Assembly (NCBI GenBank): GCA_965242525.1
Contig: OZ251459.1
Location: 1,696,001 to 1,760,000, forward strand
DNA: 64,000 bases
Source of the DNA: an uncultured Candidatus Binatia bacterium
GTDB taxonomy: Bacteria; Desulfobacterota; Binatia; UBA9968; JAJDTQ01
Direction of reading: 5' to 3'
The translations under genes and the position numbers were made by a program. This document shows, in pieces, positions 17,518 to 30,371 of this stretch (position 1 is the first letter of the stretch; each line of letters begins with the position of its first letter). Under the pieces are notes generated by a model, which was not told where the DNA came from, searched no databases, and worked only from the letters and a program-made list of their open reading frames with translations.

Positions 17518-18963
17518 ATGCGCGGAGTCGTTTCGGCATGGATGGGAAGGGCGCCGCGGCTCCTGTTCGTGGCGGCGCTCCTGCTGGCGGCCTTCGCCGG
17601 CGGGCTGTACGTCGCGCAGTACAAGGTCTTTCCCTACGGTATCCTGTCTTCCGCCAGGAAAACCTTCCTGGCGGCGGTCGAGACCAACATCCACGACCCC
17701 GACCGGGATACCGGCCGGAAGCCATGGGAGTTCGTGGACGTCCCGCCCGGGCAGGCGGCGGCCCGGCGCTTCGAGTTCATGGGCAGCGATCATCTCGCCG
17801 ACCCGATACTGGTTCCGGGAGGGCGGGGGCACTTCCGGGAGCACTGTCCGGGCCACGTGGGCTGTCTGGCGGTGGAGTACGCCGGCCGGGGCGAAGTCCG
17901 GCATGCCTGGCCGTACCGCCCCGAGGAGTTGGAGAAATGGCTGGAGAAGGAGGAGTTCACAGGGGATTTCCCGTACGAGCACGCACTCGGGTTCTCCTTC
18001 CTCGACCATGCGTACATAACGGGAGTGTTACGATACTCCAATGGGGATCTGCTGACGGTCTTCCACTTCGCTCATACCCACCCTTACGGCGGCGGGGCGG
18101 CGCGCATCGACCGGACCGGCAAGCCCATGTGGTACCGTCCGGACCAAAGCCACCATCGACCGCAACTGACCGATGGGGAAGTCGCCCTGGTTCCGGGCCT
18201 GCGGCGCGGCAAGCCCAGGGATATCGCGCTCATACCGGGACGGCGCTTCCCCCGAATCGACCTGTCTTGTCCGCAATGGAGTCACGACCTCGTGAACGCA
18301 ATCGACCCGGGAGGGAGGAGGCTGGAAGAGACTTCCGTCTTCGACGCCGTACGGAATTCTTCCTATGCCCCGCTCCTGCTCCCTTCGGATCCTTGCGACC
18401 CGACGCATCTCAACGCCGTCCACCGGCTGGGAGAAGACGCCGCGGGATCGGGCCTCGAACCCGGAGACCTCGTGGTGTCCCTCAGGAACCTGCACGCATT
18501 CGCCGTACTGGACCGCCGGGACCGTCGGTTGAAGCGACTGGTGCGCGGCGGGTTCATGGCGCAGCACGCCGTCCTCCATTTCGAAGACTCCAGGTTCCTC
18601 ATGCTGGACAACCAGGGCGGTAGAACCGCGGGCGGCGCCCTGGGCGTGTCACGGCTGCTGATGGTGGACGCGGCGAGCGGCGAGGAGACCTCGATCTTCC
18701 CGAACCACAGGACTCCTGGCCATTTACGAGAGCTGTACACCGACCGGAGAGGCGGACTTGCCATGTCCCCGGACCGCAGCAGGGCCATCGTCACGTTTTT
18801 CGAATTGGGCAAGGCAGTAGAGGTCCGTATCGCCGACGGCGCAGTGCTGGTAGTGTTCGACTCGCTCCACGACGTGTCGCAACTGGAGGAGTTTCCGGAG
18901 GAACGAACCGCCCGGGCGGTACGGAAGAGGCTCCATGAAGTCCGCTACGGCGGCGACGGATGA
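17518..18963 (+). CDS. Arylsulfotransferase (ASST)-like protein, membrane-anchored
   Basis: N-terminal TM; SHH, DPTHLNAV, VSLRN, QHAV...LDNQG motifs of PAPS-independent aryl sulfotransferases. Confidence 0.8.
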   Translation: MRGVVSAWMGRAPRLLFVAALLLAAFAGGLYVAQYKVFPYGILSSARKTFLAAVETNIHDPDRDTGRKPWEFVDVPPGQAAARRFEFMGSDHLADPILVPGGRGHFREHCPGHVGCLAVEYAGRGEVRHAWPYRPEELEKWLEKEEFTGDFPYEHALGFSFLDHAYITGVLRYSNGDLLTVFHFAHTHPYGGGAARIDRTGKPMWYRPDQSHHRPQLTDGEVALVPGLRRGKPRDIALIPGRRFPRIDLSCPQWSHDLVNAIDPGGRRLEETSVFDAVRNSSYAPLLLPSDPCDPTHLNAVHRLGEDAAGSGLEPGDLVVSLRNLHAFAVLDRRDRRLKRLVRGGFMAQHAVLHFEDSRFLMLDNQGGRTAGGALGVSRLLMVDAASGEETSIFPNHRTPGHLRELYTDRRGGLAMSPDRSRAIVTFFELGKAVEVRIADGAVLVVFDSLHDVSQLEEFPEERTARAVRKRLHEVRYGGDG

Positions 18964-18991
18964 CGCGCGAGAACAGGAGGATGATACGATC

Positions 18992-19189
18992 ATGGATTTC
19001 GACGCACCCGTGGTGATGGCGTACATCGGCCCCGGCGCCGGATTGGGGGCCGTCGGCTCCCTGCTGGCGGTGGGGTCGGCAGGGCTCGTCATGGTGGTGG
19101 GCCTCGTGTGGTATCCCCTCAGGCAGGCGCTGCGCAAATGGCGGGCGTGGCGGCGCGGGAGGGAAGCGGCCGGCGGCGAGGAAGGGTGA
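18992..19189 (+). CDS. Small membrane protein (AYIGPGAG type)
   Basis: AGGAGG upstream; AYIGPGAG, one TM segment, WYP and a basic tail. Confidence 0.7.
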   Translation: MDFDAPVVMAYIGPGAGLGAVGSLLAVGSAGLVMVVGLVWYPLRQALRKWRAWRRGREAAGGEEG

Positions 19190-19234
19190 AGTTCCGGGAC
19201 CGGCGTTCCGGGCCGGACCGGGAGCGGGGAGACC

Positions 19235-21148
19235 ATGGCCGCGGATAGCTCGTTGGCGGACGGCCCCGGGCAGACGCCTGCGCCGCCCACGGGTTGGGCG
19301 GGCGTCCTCCGCGAAGCGTGGACGTTCGGACGGGCCCTCGTCGCCTACCGTCCGCGCACGGTGGCGCTGACGGTGCTGCTCCTGCTCGCGTCGAGCGCCA
19401 CCGAAGCGCTCGGACTCCTCATGCTCATCCCTCTCCTGCACGCCGTTGGCGGCGGCGCAGCGGGCGACCCCCAGGGCATGATGGCAAGGGTCCTGGGCGG
19501 CATGGCGGACGCCGTGGGACCGGAACGGATCCTGCCCGCGGTGCTCGGCGGCTTCGTCGCCCTCGCCTTCGTCCGCGCCGTGACCGTCTGGCGGCGAGAC
19601 GTGCTGATCGCCAGGACGCGGATCGGCTTCGTCAGCCGGCTGCGCGAGACGCTGCTCGAGGCGGTGGCCCGGGCGGACTGGCGGTTTCTCGCAGGCCAAC
19701 GCCACTCCGACCTCCAGCAGGCGCTGACGGGGGAGGTGCACCGTATCGGCCAAGCGAGCTTCCACCTGTTGCTGATGACCGCGGCCGTCGTGCTGGCGGT
19801 GACGCAAACCGCGGCCGCCTTTCTCATCTCGCCCCCGGTCTCCACCGCGGCCCTGTTGACGGGCGCCGTGCTGCTCGCGCTGATCCGACCGCTGCTTCGG
19901 CGTTCGCAGACCCTGGGCGCCCAGATCACCCGTGCCAACCGCGTGATATTGGCCCACGTGCAGGACTTCCTGGCCGGCCTCAAACCGGCCAAGGCCTACA
20001 CCGCGGAACGGGTCCACGCGACCCGCTTCGGCGAGGCCGTCGCGGCCATGTACCAACGCCAGACGGCCTCCGTAACGGCCATCGCCGGGGCCCGGGCGAC
20101 GCTCCACCTGGGCGCCGCCGCGGCGTTGGCGGCAACGGTGTGGTTCGCCATCGCGGAAGCCGGACTCACGCCGCCGGAACTCGTGGTGGTGGTGGTGGTC
20201 TTCGCCCGCGTGATGTCCACGCTGACGCACTTGCAGAACAGCGCGCAGGAGTTCGCCAACGCGCTGCCCGCATACCGCTACACGCAGGAAACGCTGCACG
20301 CGCTGCGGCAGGCGGCGGAAGACGACGCCGGGGCGGACCTCTCGACCGGGAAGCGCGGGGAGCCGCCGGGCGCTTGCCGGAACGAGCCCCGCATGGCGCT
20401 GCGCGCGGCGCTGACGGTCCGCGCCGTCTCCTTCGACTACGGACAGCGGACCCGAACGGGCCCGGGGCGCAAGGCGCTGGGCCGCGTGGACCTGGACATC
20501 CGCGCCGGAGGGATCACCGCGGTCTCGGGGCCCTCGGGCGCCGGCAAGAGCACGCTGGCGGACATACTGCTGGGCTTGCTGGAACCCGCGAGCGGCGCGG
20601 TGCTGGTGGACGGCGTCCCCCTGGGCCCCTCGAACCGCCGCCGCTGGAGACGTTCCTGCGCCTATGTGCCCCAAGAGCCGTACCTGTTCCACGACACGGT
20701 CCGGGCCAACGTCGCATGGGCGCAGCCCCATGCCAACGACCACGAAGTCTGGCGGGCGCTGCGCCGGGCCGCGGCCGCGGACTTCGTGGCGGGGCTGCCC
20801 CAGGGCCTGGACACCGTGGTGGGAGACCGCGGCGGACGACTGTCGGGCGGCGAGCGGCAGCGCATCGTCCTGGCGCGGGCCCTGCTCCTGGAACCGACGC
20901 TGCTGGTGCTGGACGAAGCCACCAGCCAACTGGACGCGCAGACCGAACGACGCGTGGTGGAAACGCTGCGGTCGCTGCGCGGGCGCACCACGGTGGTGGC
21001 CATGGCCCATCGGGAGGCGATGATGGCCGCGGCGGACCGCGTGGTGCTGCTGGACTCGGGCCGCGTGGCGGCCATCCATGTCCCGCCTGCGACCGCCGGG
21101 CGTCCTTCGACTTCGCTTCGCTACGCTCAGGACGAACGGAGGGGGTAA
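19235..21148 (+). CDS. ABC exporter, fused permease and ATPase
   Basis: TM domain; Walker A GPSGAGKS, LSGGERQR, Walker B VLDEAT. Confidence 0.93.
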   Translation: MAADSSLADGPGQTPAPPTGWAGVLREAWTFGRALVAYRPRTVALTVLLLLASSATEALGLLMLIPLLHAVGGGAAGDPQGMMARVLGGMADAVGPERILPAVLGGFVALAFVRAVTVWRRDVLIARTRIGFVSRLRETLLEAVARADWRFLAGQRHSDLQQALTGEVHRIGQASFHLLLMTAAVVLAVTQTAAAFLISPPVSTAALLTGAVLLALIRPLLRRSQTLGAQITRANRVILAHVQDFLAGLKPAKAYTAERVHATRFGEAVAAMYQRQTASVTAIAGARATLHLGAAAALAATVWFAIAEAGLTPPELVVVVVVFARVMSTLTHLQNSAQEFANALPAYRYTQETLHALRQAAEDDAGADLSTGKRGEPPGACRNEPRMALRAALTVRAVSFDYGQRTRTGPGRKALGRVDLDIRAGGITAVSGPSGAGKSTLADILLGLLEPASGAVLVDGVPLGPSNRRRWRRSCAYVPQEPYLFHDTVRANVAWAQPHANDHEVWRALRRAAAADFVAGLPQGLDTVVGDRGGRLSGGERQRIVLARALLLEPTLLVLDEATSQLDAQTERRVVETLRSLRGRTTVVAMAHREAMMAAADRVVLLDSGRVAAIHVPPATAGRPSTSLRYAQDERRG

Positions 21149-21216
21149 TCGTTCGAGGGTTCAGGGTTTCCCCGATCAACTGTCCGAGGTTTCCCTGATC
21201 GACCGTTCGGGGTTTC
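21101..21216 (+). repeat. REP family 2 unit followed by three MITE right-end-like motifs
   Basis: CGTCCTTCGACTTCGCTTCGCTACGCTCAGGACGAACGG then GTTCAGGGTTTCC, GTCCGAGGTTTCC, GTTCGGGGTTTCC. Confidence 0.75.
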
Positions 21217-21221
21217 CCCGA

Positions 21222-21250
21222 TTGACACTCCCTGCCCCGTGGGCTAGTTT
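21222..21250 (+). promoter_or_regulatory. Putative sigma70 promoter of LLM-hydrolase operon
   Basis: TTGACA-17 nt-TAGTTT. Confidence 0.55.
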
Positions 21251-21295
21251 GCTCCCGCACAGGTTCGCCGCGACTGTTTCAGGTTGGGAGGACGA

Positions 21296-22540
21296 ATGCA
21301 CCCGGTACGGCTCTTCTGCTGGCATTTCATGGCGTATCCGCACCTGCCCGAGGACTTCGACGAGAAGTACGATTCGGGTTGGGTCACGGTTCCCAACAGC
21401 CTGTGGGACTCCGAGAAGTCCCGGGGCCTGTTCCAGGAATACATCGACCAGCTCGCCTACGCCGACGAACTGGGCTTCGACGGGCTGGTGCTGAACGAGC
21501 ACCACCAGAACATCTACGGCCTCATGCCTTCGCCGAACCTCATCGCCGCGGCGTTGACCCAGCGCTCCTCCAGGGCGAAGATCGTGGTGCTGGGCAACCT
21601 GCTCCCCTTGCACCTCAACCCCCTCCGAGTGGCGGAGGAATACGCCATGCTGGACAACATGAGCAACGGGCGCGTCATCGCCGGTTTCGCCCCCGGCGGC
21701 GGCCCGGAAAACTACAACTACGACGTGCCGTCGGTGACCTCCCGGGAACGTTTCTGGGAGGCCGTGGACTTGGTGGTGCGTTCCTGGACCGACGACGGCC
21801 CGTTCCGCCACGAGGGCCGCTACTACCCCCTGCGTTACGTCAACCCCTGGCCCAGGCCCACCCAGAAGCCCCATCCCCCCATATGGGTGCCGGGCTCCCG
21901 CAGCGCTTCCACCCTGACGGAGGTGGCCAAGCGCGGCTACTGCTATTTCCTGTCCTCCCGGAGCCACGGAGGGGAGACCTACCGGGCCCGGGAACAGTTC
22001 TCCAGGGTGCTGGAAGAGCACGGCGACGCCTACCAACCCTTCCGCATGGGCATCCTCATGTCCGCCTACGTGGGGGAGACCGACGCCCAGGCCCGGGAGG
22101 AAGCGGAGGAGGGCGTATGGTACTTCCTGCGCAACTGCCTCAAGGGGCACCTGCGCAAGGAAGGGCGCCAGCTCACCTTCGGCGCCGGCGTCCCCTACAT
22201 CCCCGCGCCGGCCTGGAAAGAGTACCTGAAGCACTCCGACCCCGAGCGCCCCATGCTGGGGGACGTGCAGGACTGGGACGAGCTCGACAAGGCCCAGTCC
22301 ATCGTCGTGGGCAGTCCCGAAACCGTGCACCGGAAGATCCTGGACATCGTCGAGAAGTCGCAGGTGGGCAACCTGCTGATCCAGTTCCACCTGGGCAACA
22401 TGCCCTCGGATCTGGCGCGCGAGAGCCAGCGCCGGTTCGCCGCCCAGGTGGCGCCGGCCCTGAGGGAGGACTCCGCACGGGTCTTCGCCAAGGCCTACCC
22501 GGGGATGGAGGAGAGCGTTGCCGCGGGGGCGGTGGCATGA
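21296..22540 (+). CDS. LLM class flavin-dependent oxidoreductase/monooxygenase
   Basis: GFDGLVLNEHH, PLRVAEEYAMLD, PRPTQKPHPPIW. Confidence 0.92.
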   Translation: MHPVRLFCWHFMAYPHLPEDFDEKYDSGWVTVPNSLWDSEKSRGLFQEYIDQLAYADELGFDGLVLNEHHQNIYGLMPSPNLIAAALTQRSSRAKIVVLGNLLPLHLNPLRVAEEYAMLDNMSNGRVIAGFAPGGGPENYNYDVPSVTSRERFWEAVDLVVRSWTDDGPFRHEGRYYPLRYVNPWPRPTQKPHPPIWVPGSRSASTLTEVAKRGYCYFLSSRSHGGETYRAREQFSRVLEEHGDAYQPFRMGILMSAYVGETDAQAREEAEEGVWYFLRNCLKGHLRKEGRQLTFGAGVPYIPAPAWKEYLKHSDPERPMLGDVQDWDELDKAQSIVVGSPETVHRKILDIVEKSQVGNLLIQFHLGNMPSDLARESQRRFAAQVAPALREDSARVFAKAYPGMEESVAAGAVA

Positions 22541-23329
22541 GCCGGCGCACCCTGGAGATCGACGGCGGGAAGGTCTCGGTGCTGGAGGGGGGCGCCGGCG
22601 ACGCCACCCTCTACCTCCACGGCTTCGCGGACGTCCACGGGGTCACCGAGGGCTGGATGCCGTTCCACGAGAAATTGCTGGAAGGCTGCCGCGTCCATGC
22701 ACCCGCGCATCCGGGTTGCGCGGAGTCCGACGAGATCGCCCACCTGGAGTCCGTGGAGGACCTGGTCTTCCACTACCTGGAGGTGATCGACGCCCTGGGG
22801 CTGGACCGGTTCCACCTGGTGGGGGCCTGCGTCGGGGGCTGGGCGGCCGCGGAGCTGGCGGCGCGCCACCCGGAAAAGGTCCGCCGGCTGGTGCTCATGG
22901 ACGCCGCGGGCCTGTTCGTGCCCGGGGCGCCCATCGGCGACGTCTTCATGATGTCCCATCCGCGCCGGGGAACCGACTACTCGGAGCTCAGGGCCATGCT
23001 GTTCGCCAGCGACCGGACGCCGGTGGGGCGCAGGCTGTTCCCGGACGGCCGGGGCGAACTCGACGACGAGGTGCGGCGCTACCAGATGCTCCGGTTCGCC
23101 AACCGGTTCGGCTTCAACCCGCCCTATTTCTACAACCGCTCGCTGCGGAGCCGGCTGCACCGCATCGGCGCGCCCACGCTGGTGCTGTGGGGCGAACAGG
23201 ACCGCATGGTGCCCTTGGCCCACGGCGAGGCCTACGCCGCGGGGATCCCCAATTCCAATGGCCTGGAGGTCCTGAAGGGCGCGGGCCACAGTCCCCAGGC
23301 GGAAGACCCGGAAGCCGCGGCCGCCCTGG

Positions 23330-23352
<23 letters not shown>
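22537..23352 (+). CDS. Alpha/beta fold hydrolase with Cys at the nucleophile elbow
   Basis: YLHG, GACVGG, LWGEQD, AGH; ATGA overlap with the upstream LLM gene. Confidence 0.88.
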
Positions 23353-27027
<3,675 letters not shown>

Positions 27028-27031
<4 letters not shown>

Positions 27032-27855
27032 GGCCCGGTCTTCCCCCCGCGCTTCGGCTTCCTCCCGCCCCGGGGCGCAGGCGCTTCCGGCGTGACGTAA
27101 GCGGCGCTGATGCCCCCGTCCACCACGAACTCGGCGCCGGTCACGAAGGAGGATTCGTCGCTGGCCAGGTAGAGCGCGGCCCGGGCGATCTCCCGGGCCT
27201 CGCCGAAACGCCCCATGGGGATGTGCACGAGACGACGTTGCTGCTTCCTGGGGGTATCCAGCACCTTCATCAGCAGCTCGGTGCGCAGGGGGCCGGGGCA
27301 CAGGGCGTTGACCCGGATGTTCTCCCGGGCGTGGACCACCGCCAGCTCCCGGGTCAGGGCCACCACGCCCCCCTTGCTCGCGGTGTAGGCAAGCTGCGGG
27401 GTGGCGGCGCCCATCAACGCCACGAACGAGGCCGTGTTGATGACGGAGCCTCCTCCCGACCGGCGCAGCGCCGGTATCCCGTGCTTGCACCCCAGGAACA
27501 CCCCCTTGAGGTTCACCGCCAGCGTCGCGTCCCAGACCGCTTCGGGCGTGTGGACCGCGTCGGCGTCCGTGTCCAGCATGACGCCGGCGTTGTTGCAGAG
27601 GACGTGCAGGCCGCCGAACGCCGCTTCCGCGGCCTCCACCATGCGGGCGCAGTCGCCGTCCCGGGACACGTCCGCGCGGCAGTAGGCGGCCTTGCCGCCG
27701 CTGCGGTTGATGCGGGCCGCCAGCCGCTTGCCGCCGCGGTCGTCCAGGTCCGCGACCATCACGCAGGCGCCCTCCCGCGCGAACAGCAGCGCGGTCTCCC
27801 GGCCGATGCCGCCGGCGCCCCCGGTGATGAGCGCAACCTTGTCCTTCAGACGCAT
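27028..27855 (-). CDS. Short-chain dehydrogenase/reductase
   Basis: [17 protein letters not shown]. Confidence 0.93.
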
Positions 27856-27915
27856 GGGAAGAGTGTCGGTACGAAAGGGAACCCCTGACGGCCTCGGGAG
27901 CCGCGCGACCGGGGC

Positions 27916-28671
27916 TCAGCCGGAGCGCGCCGCCCCCGAGGCCTCCACCAGCGCGTCGAACAGGCGCTGCTGCACGGGGTCCTCCGCGGCCGTGAGCTCG
28001 GGATGCCACTGGATGGCGAAGAGCCACGGATGCGACGGCCTCTCCATCCCTTCGATGGTGCCGTCCGGGGCCCGGGCCACCACCTCGAAGCCCGGCGCCA
28101 CCCGGCGGATGGCCTGGTGGTGCCAGGAGAGGCACGAGAAGTCCGTGGAGCCCAGGACCCCGGCCAACCTCGACCCCCGCTCCACGAGGACCGGATGGGG
28201 GACGGGCTCCCGCGGGGGCGCGCGGTGGATTACGGTCTCCCCCACCTCGTCGGGCAGGTGCTCGATGAGGGTCCCCCCCTCGCACACGTTCATGAGCTGC
28301 GCGCCGCGGCAGATGGCCAGCGTGGGAACGCCCAGGTCGAATATGCGCCGGGCCAAGTCGAGCTCGGCGCGGTCGCGCTCCGGGTCCACCATATAGACCG
28401 TGTGGTGGTTCCGGCCGCCGTAGAGGGCCGGGTCCAGGTCTCCGCCGCCACTGAACACCACCGCGTCCAGCACCGGCAGGACCGCGTGCATGCGCTCGTC
28501 CCCGGGGGGCAGCAGCAGCGGGACGCCCCCGGCCCGGCGCACCGCGTCCACGTATTGGCCGGGAAGCGAGAACCGGTTCTTCGCGTCGCGGCCATAGGTG
28601 GTCACGCCGATGAACGGGGCCCTCTCGACGCCGCTTCCCCGGTCCCGCCCGTCTCCTTCAGATCCTTTCAA
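27916..28671 (-). CDS. Gamma-glutamyl-gamma-aminobutyrate hydrolase (PuuD/peptidase C26) family
   Basis: [20 protein letters not shown]; probable TTG start overlapping the upstream stop. Confidence 0.9.
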   Translation of the reverse strand: MKGSEGDGRDRGSGVERAPFIGVTTYGRDAKNRFSLPGQYVDAVRRAGGVPLLLPPGDERMHAVLPVLDAVVFSGGGDLDPALYGGRNHHTVYMVDPERDRAELDLARRIFDLGVPTLAICRGAQLMNVCEGGTLIEHLPDEVGETVIHRAPPREPVPHPVLVERGSRLAGVLGSTDFSCLSWHHQAIRRVAPGFEVVARAPDGTIEGMERPSHPWLFAIQWHPELTAAEDPVQQRLFDALVEASGAARSG

Positions 28672-30031
28672 AGTAGCGCTTCCTTTCCCAGTCGGTGACC
28701 GCATCCCGATACTTCCTCTCCTCGGTGCGGAAGAAATGCGCGTAGTGCTCCACCACGCCGGGGCCGAAACTCTCCCGCGCGAACCGGCTCGACTCGAACA
28801 GGTCCACGGCTTCGGACAGGGACCCCGGAACCTGCGGCGCGCCGGCCGCGGCGTAGCCGTCCCCCTCGAACGCCGGCGGCGGCTCGATCCTGCGTCGGAC
28901 GCCGTCCATCCCCGCGGCCAGGGCGGCCGCGTAGAGGAGGTACGGGTTGCAGTCCGCGCCCGGCGCCCGGCACTCGATGCGGCAGCCGTCTCCTTGGCCC
29001 ACCACGCGAAACCCCGCGGTGCGGTTGTCGAGGCTCCAGGCGATCCCGGTGGGCGCCCAGGACCCGGCCCGGTACCGCTTGTAGGAGTTGACCGTAGGCG
29101 CGTAGAAGACCATGGTCTCGGGCAGGTGCGCCAGCCATCCCCCCAGGAACCAGCGAAACGTGGGGGAGAACGCGCCGGGGCCGTCGTACCCGGCAAAGGC
29201 GTTGACTCCGTCCCGCCACAGGCTCAGGTGCGCGTGGCAGCTCGACCCCGCGAGCTCCGCGGCGTACTTTGCCATGAAGGTGACGCTGCGCCCCATCTGC
29301 TCGGCGACTTCCTTGAGGCACTCCTTGAACACGCAGTGGCGGTCCGCCATGGTGAGGACCTCGTCGTACCGCACGTTCAGTTCGTGCTGTCCCGGACCCC
29401 ACTCGCCCTTGGATCCCTCCACCGGCACCCCGGAGTCCCGCAGGTGGCGGCGCACCGCCCCGTGGAAGCCCTCCTCCCTGGACCCCTGGAGCACGTGGTA
29501 GTCCTCGATGTAGCCGCCCGCGGGCGCGAGGTCGTGGTATTGCTTTTCCGCGGCCTGCCGGTACGAGTCCTCGAACAGGTAGTATTCCAGCTCCGACGCC
29601 GCCATGGCCCGGAACCCCAGGGCGCGGAGGCCCTCCACCTGCCGCCGCAGTAGGGTGCGGGGCGCCTCCGCCACCAGCTCGTGGGAAGCGCCTTCCCGGA
29701 CGTCGCAGAGCACCAGCGCGGTCTTCTCCTGCCAGCTCAGGCAACGCAACGTGCCCAGGTCCGGCGCCAGGTGGAAGTCGCCGTACCCCCGTTCCCAGTT
29801 GGCCAACCGGTATCCCTGGACCGGCTCCATCTCCATGTCCGCGGTGAGCAGGTAATCGCACGCGTGGACGCCGTCCGACACCGCGGATTCGAGGAAGAAC
29901 CCGGCGTCCAGCCGTTTCCCCATGAACCGGCCGTAGAGGTCGGTGAACGCCACGAGGACGGTGTCCACCCGACCTGCGCTCACGGCTTCCTCGAGTTGGG
30001 CAACGCTGAGCATGCCCTTGGCCTCGACCAC
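28658..30031 (-). CDS. Glutamine synthetase family protein (gamma-glutamyl-amine ligase, PuuA-like)
   Basis: SELEYY, EWGPGQHE, TFMAK, GSSCHAHLS, DNRT, RIECR, VTDWE. Confidence 0.92.
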   Translation of the reverse strand: MVEAKGMLSVAQLEEAVSAGRVDTVLVAFTDLYGRFMGKRLDAGFFLESAVSDGVHACDYLLTADMEMEPVQGYRLANWERGYGDFHLAPDLGTLRCLSWQEKTALVLCDVREGASHELVAEAPRTLLRRQVEGLRALGFRAMAASELEYYLFEDSYRQAAEKQYHDLAPAGGYIEDYHVLQGSREEGFHGAVRRHLRDSGVPVEGSKGEWGPGQHELNVRYDEVLTMADRHCVFKECLKEVAEQMGRSVTFMAKYAAELAGSSCHAHLSLWRDGVNAFAGYDGPGAFSPTFRWFLGGWLAHLPETMVFYAPTVNSYKRYRAGSWAPTGIAWSLDNRTAGFRVVGQGDGCRIECRAPGADCNPYLLYAAALAAGMDGVRRRIEPPPAFEGDGYAAAGAPQVPGSLSEAVDLFESSRFARESFGPGVVEHYAHFFRTEERKYRDAVTDWERKRYFERI

Positions 30032-30086
30032 TTGTCTTCCTCCTGCGCTGGCGCTCCGGTGTTCTTCCTACTCTAGCACATACGCG

Positions 30087-30339
30087 GGAAAACCCTGAAC
30101 CACGGTCCCCGTTCGCCCTGGTCGTGGCGAAGTCGAAGGACGCCCACGATCCCCGTTCGTCCTGAGCGTAGCGTAGCGAAGTCGAAGGACACCCACGACC
30201 CCCGTTCATCCTGAGCGTAGCGTAGCGAAGTCGAAGGACGCCCACGACCCCCGTTCATCCTGAGCGTAGCGTAGCGAAGTCGAAGGACACCCTTTCCCAT
30301 AGGGAGAGGCGCCTCGAGCCAGGATTGTCCAAAGGTTCC
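30087..30339. mobile_element. MITE-like element E (subfamily II) with 4 tandem units, 49-bp period
   Basis: GGAAAACCCTGAAC...ATTGTCCAAAGGTTCC; units start at 30107 (degenerate), 30151, 30200, 30249; tail matches elements C and D. Confidence 0.75.
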
Positions 30340-30345
30340 CACCCC

Positions 30346-30371
30346 GTCATTCCCGCGAAAGCGGGAATCCA
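30346..30371 (+). repeat. REP family 1 copy overlapping the stop codon of the R-M gene
   Basis: GTCATTCCCGCGAAAGCGGGAATCCA. Confidence 0.9.

Noticed and set aside
30107-30290. CRISPR array (49-bp period)
   Set aside because: The inter-unit sequence is nearly constant (CCCACGAC), not unique spacers; it is the same REP-like unit found elsewhere.
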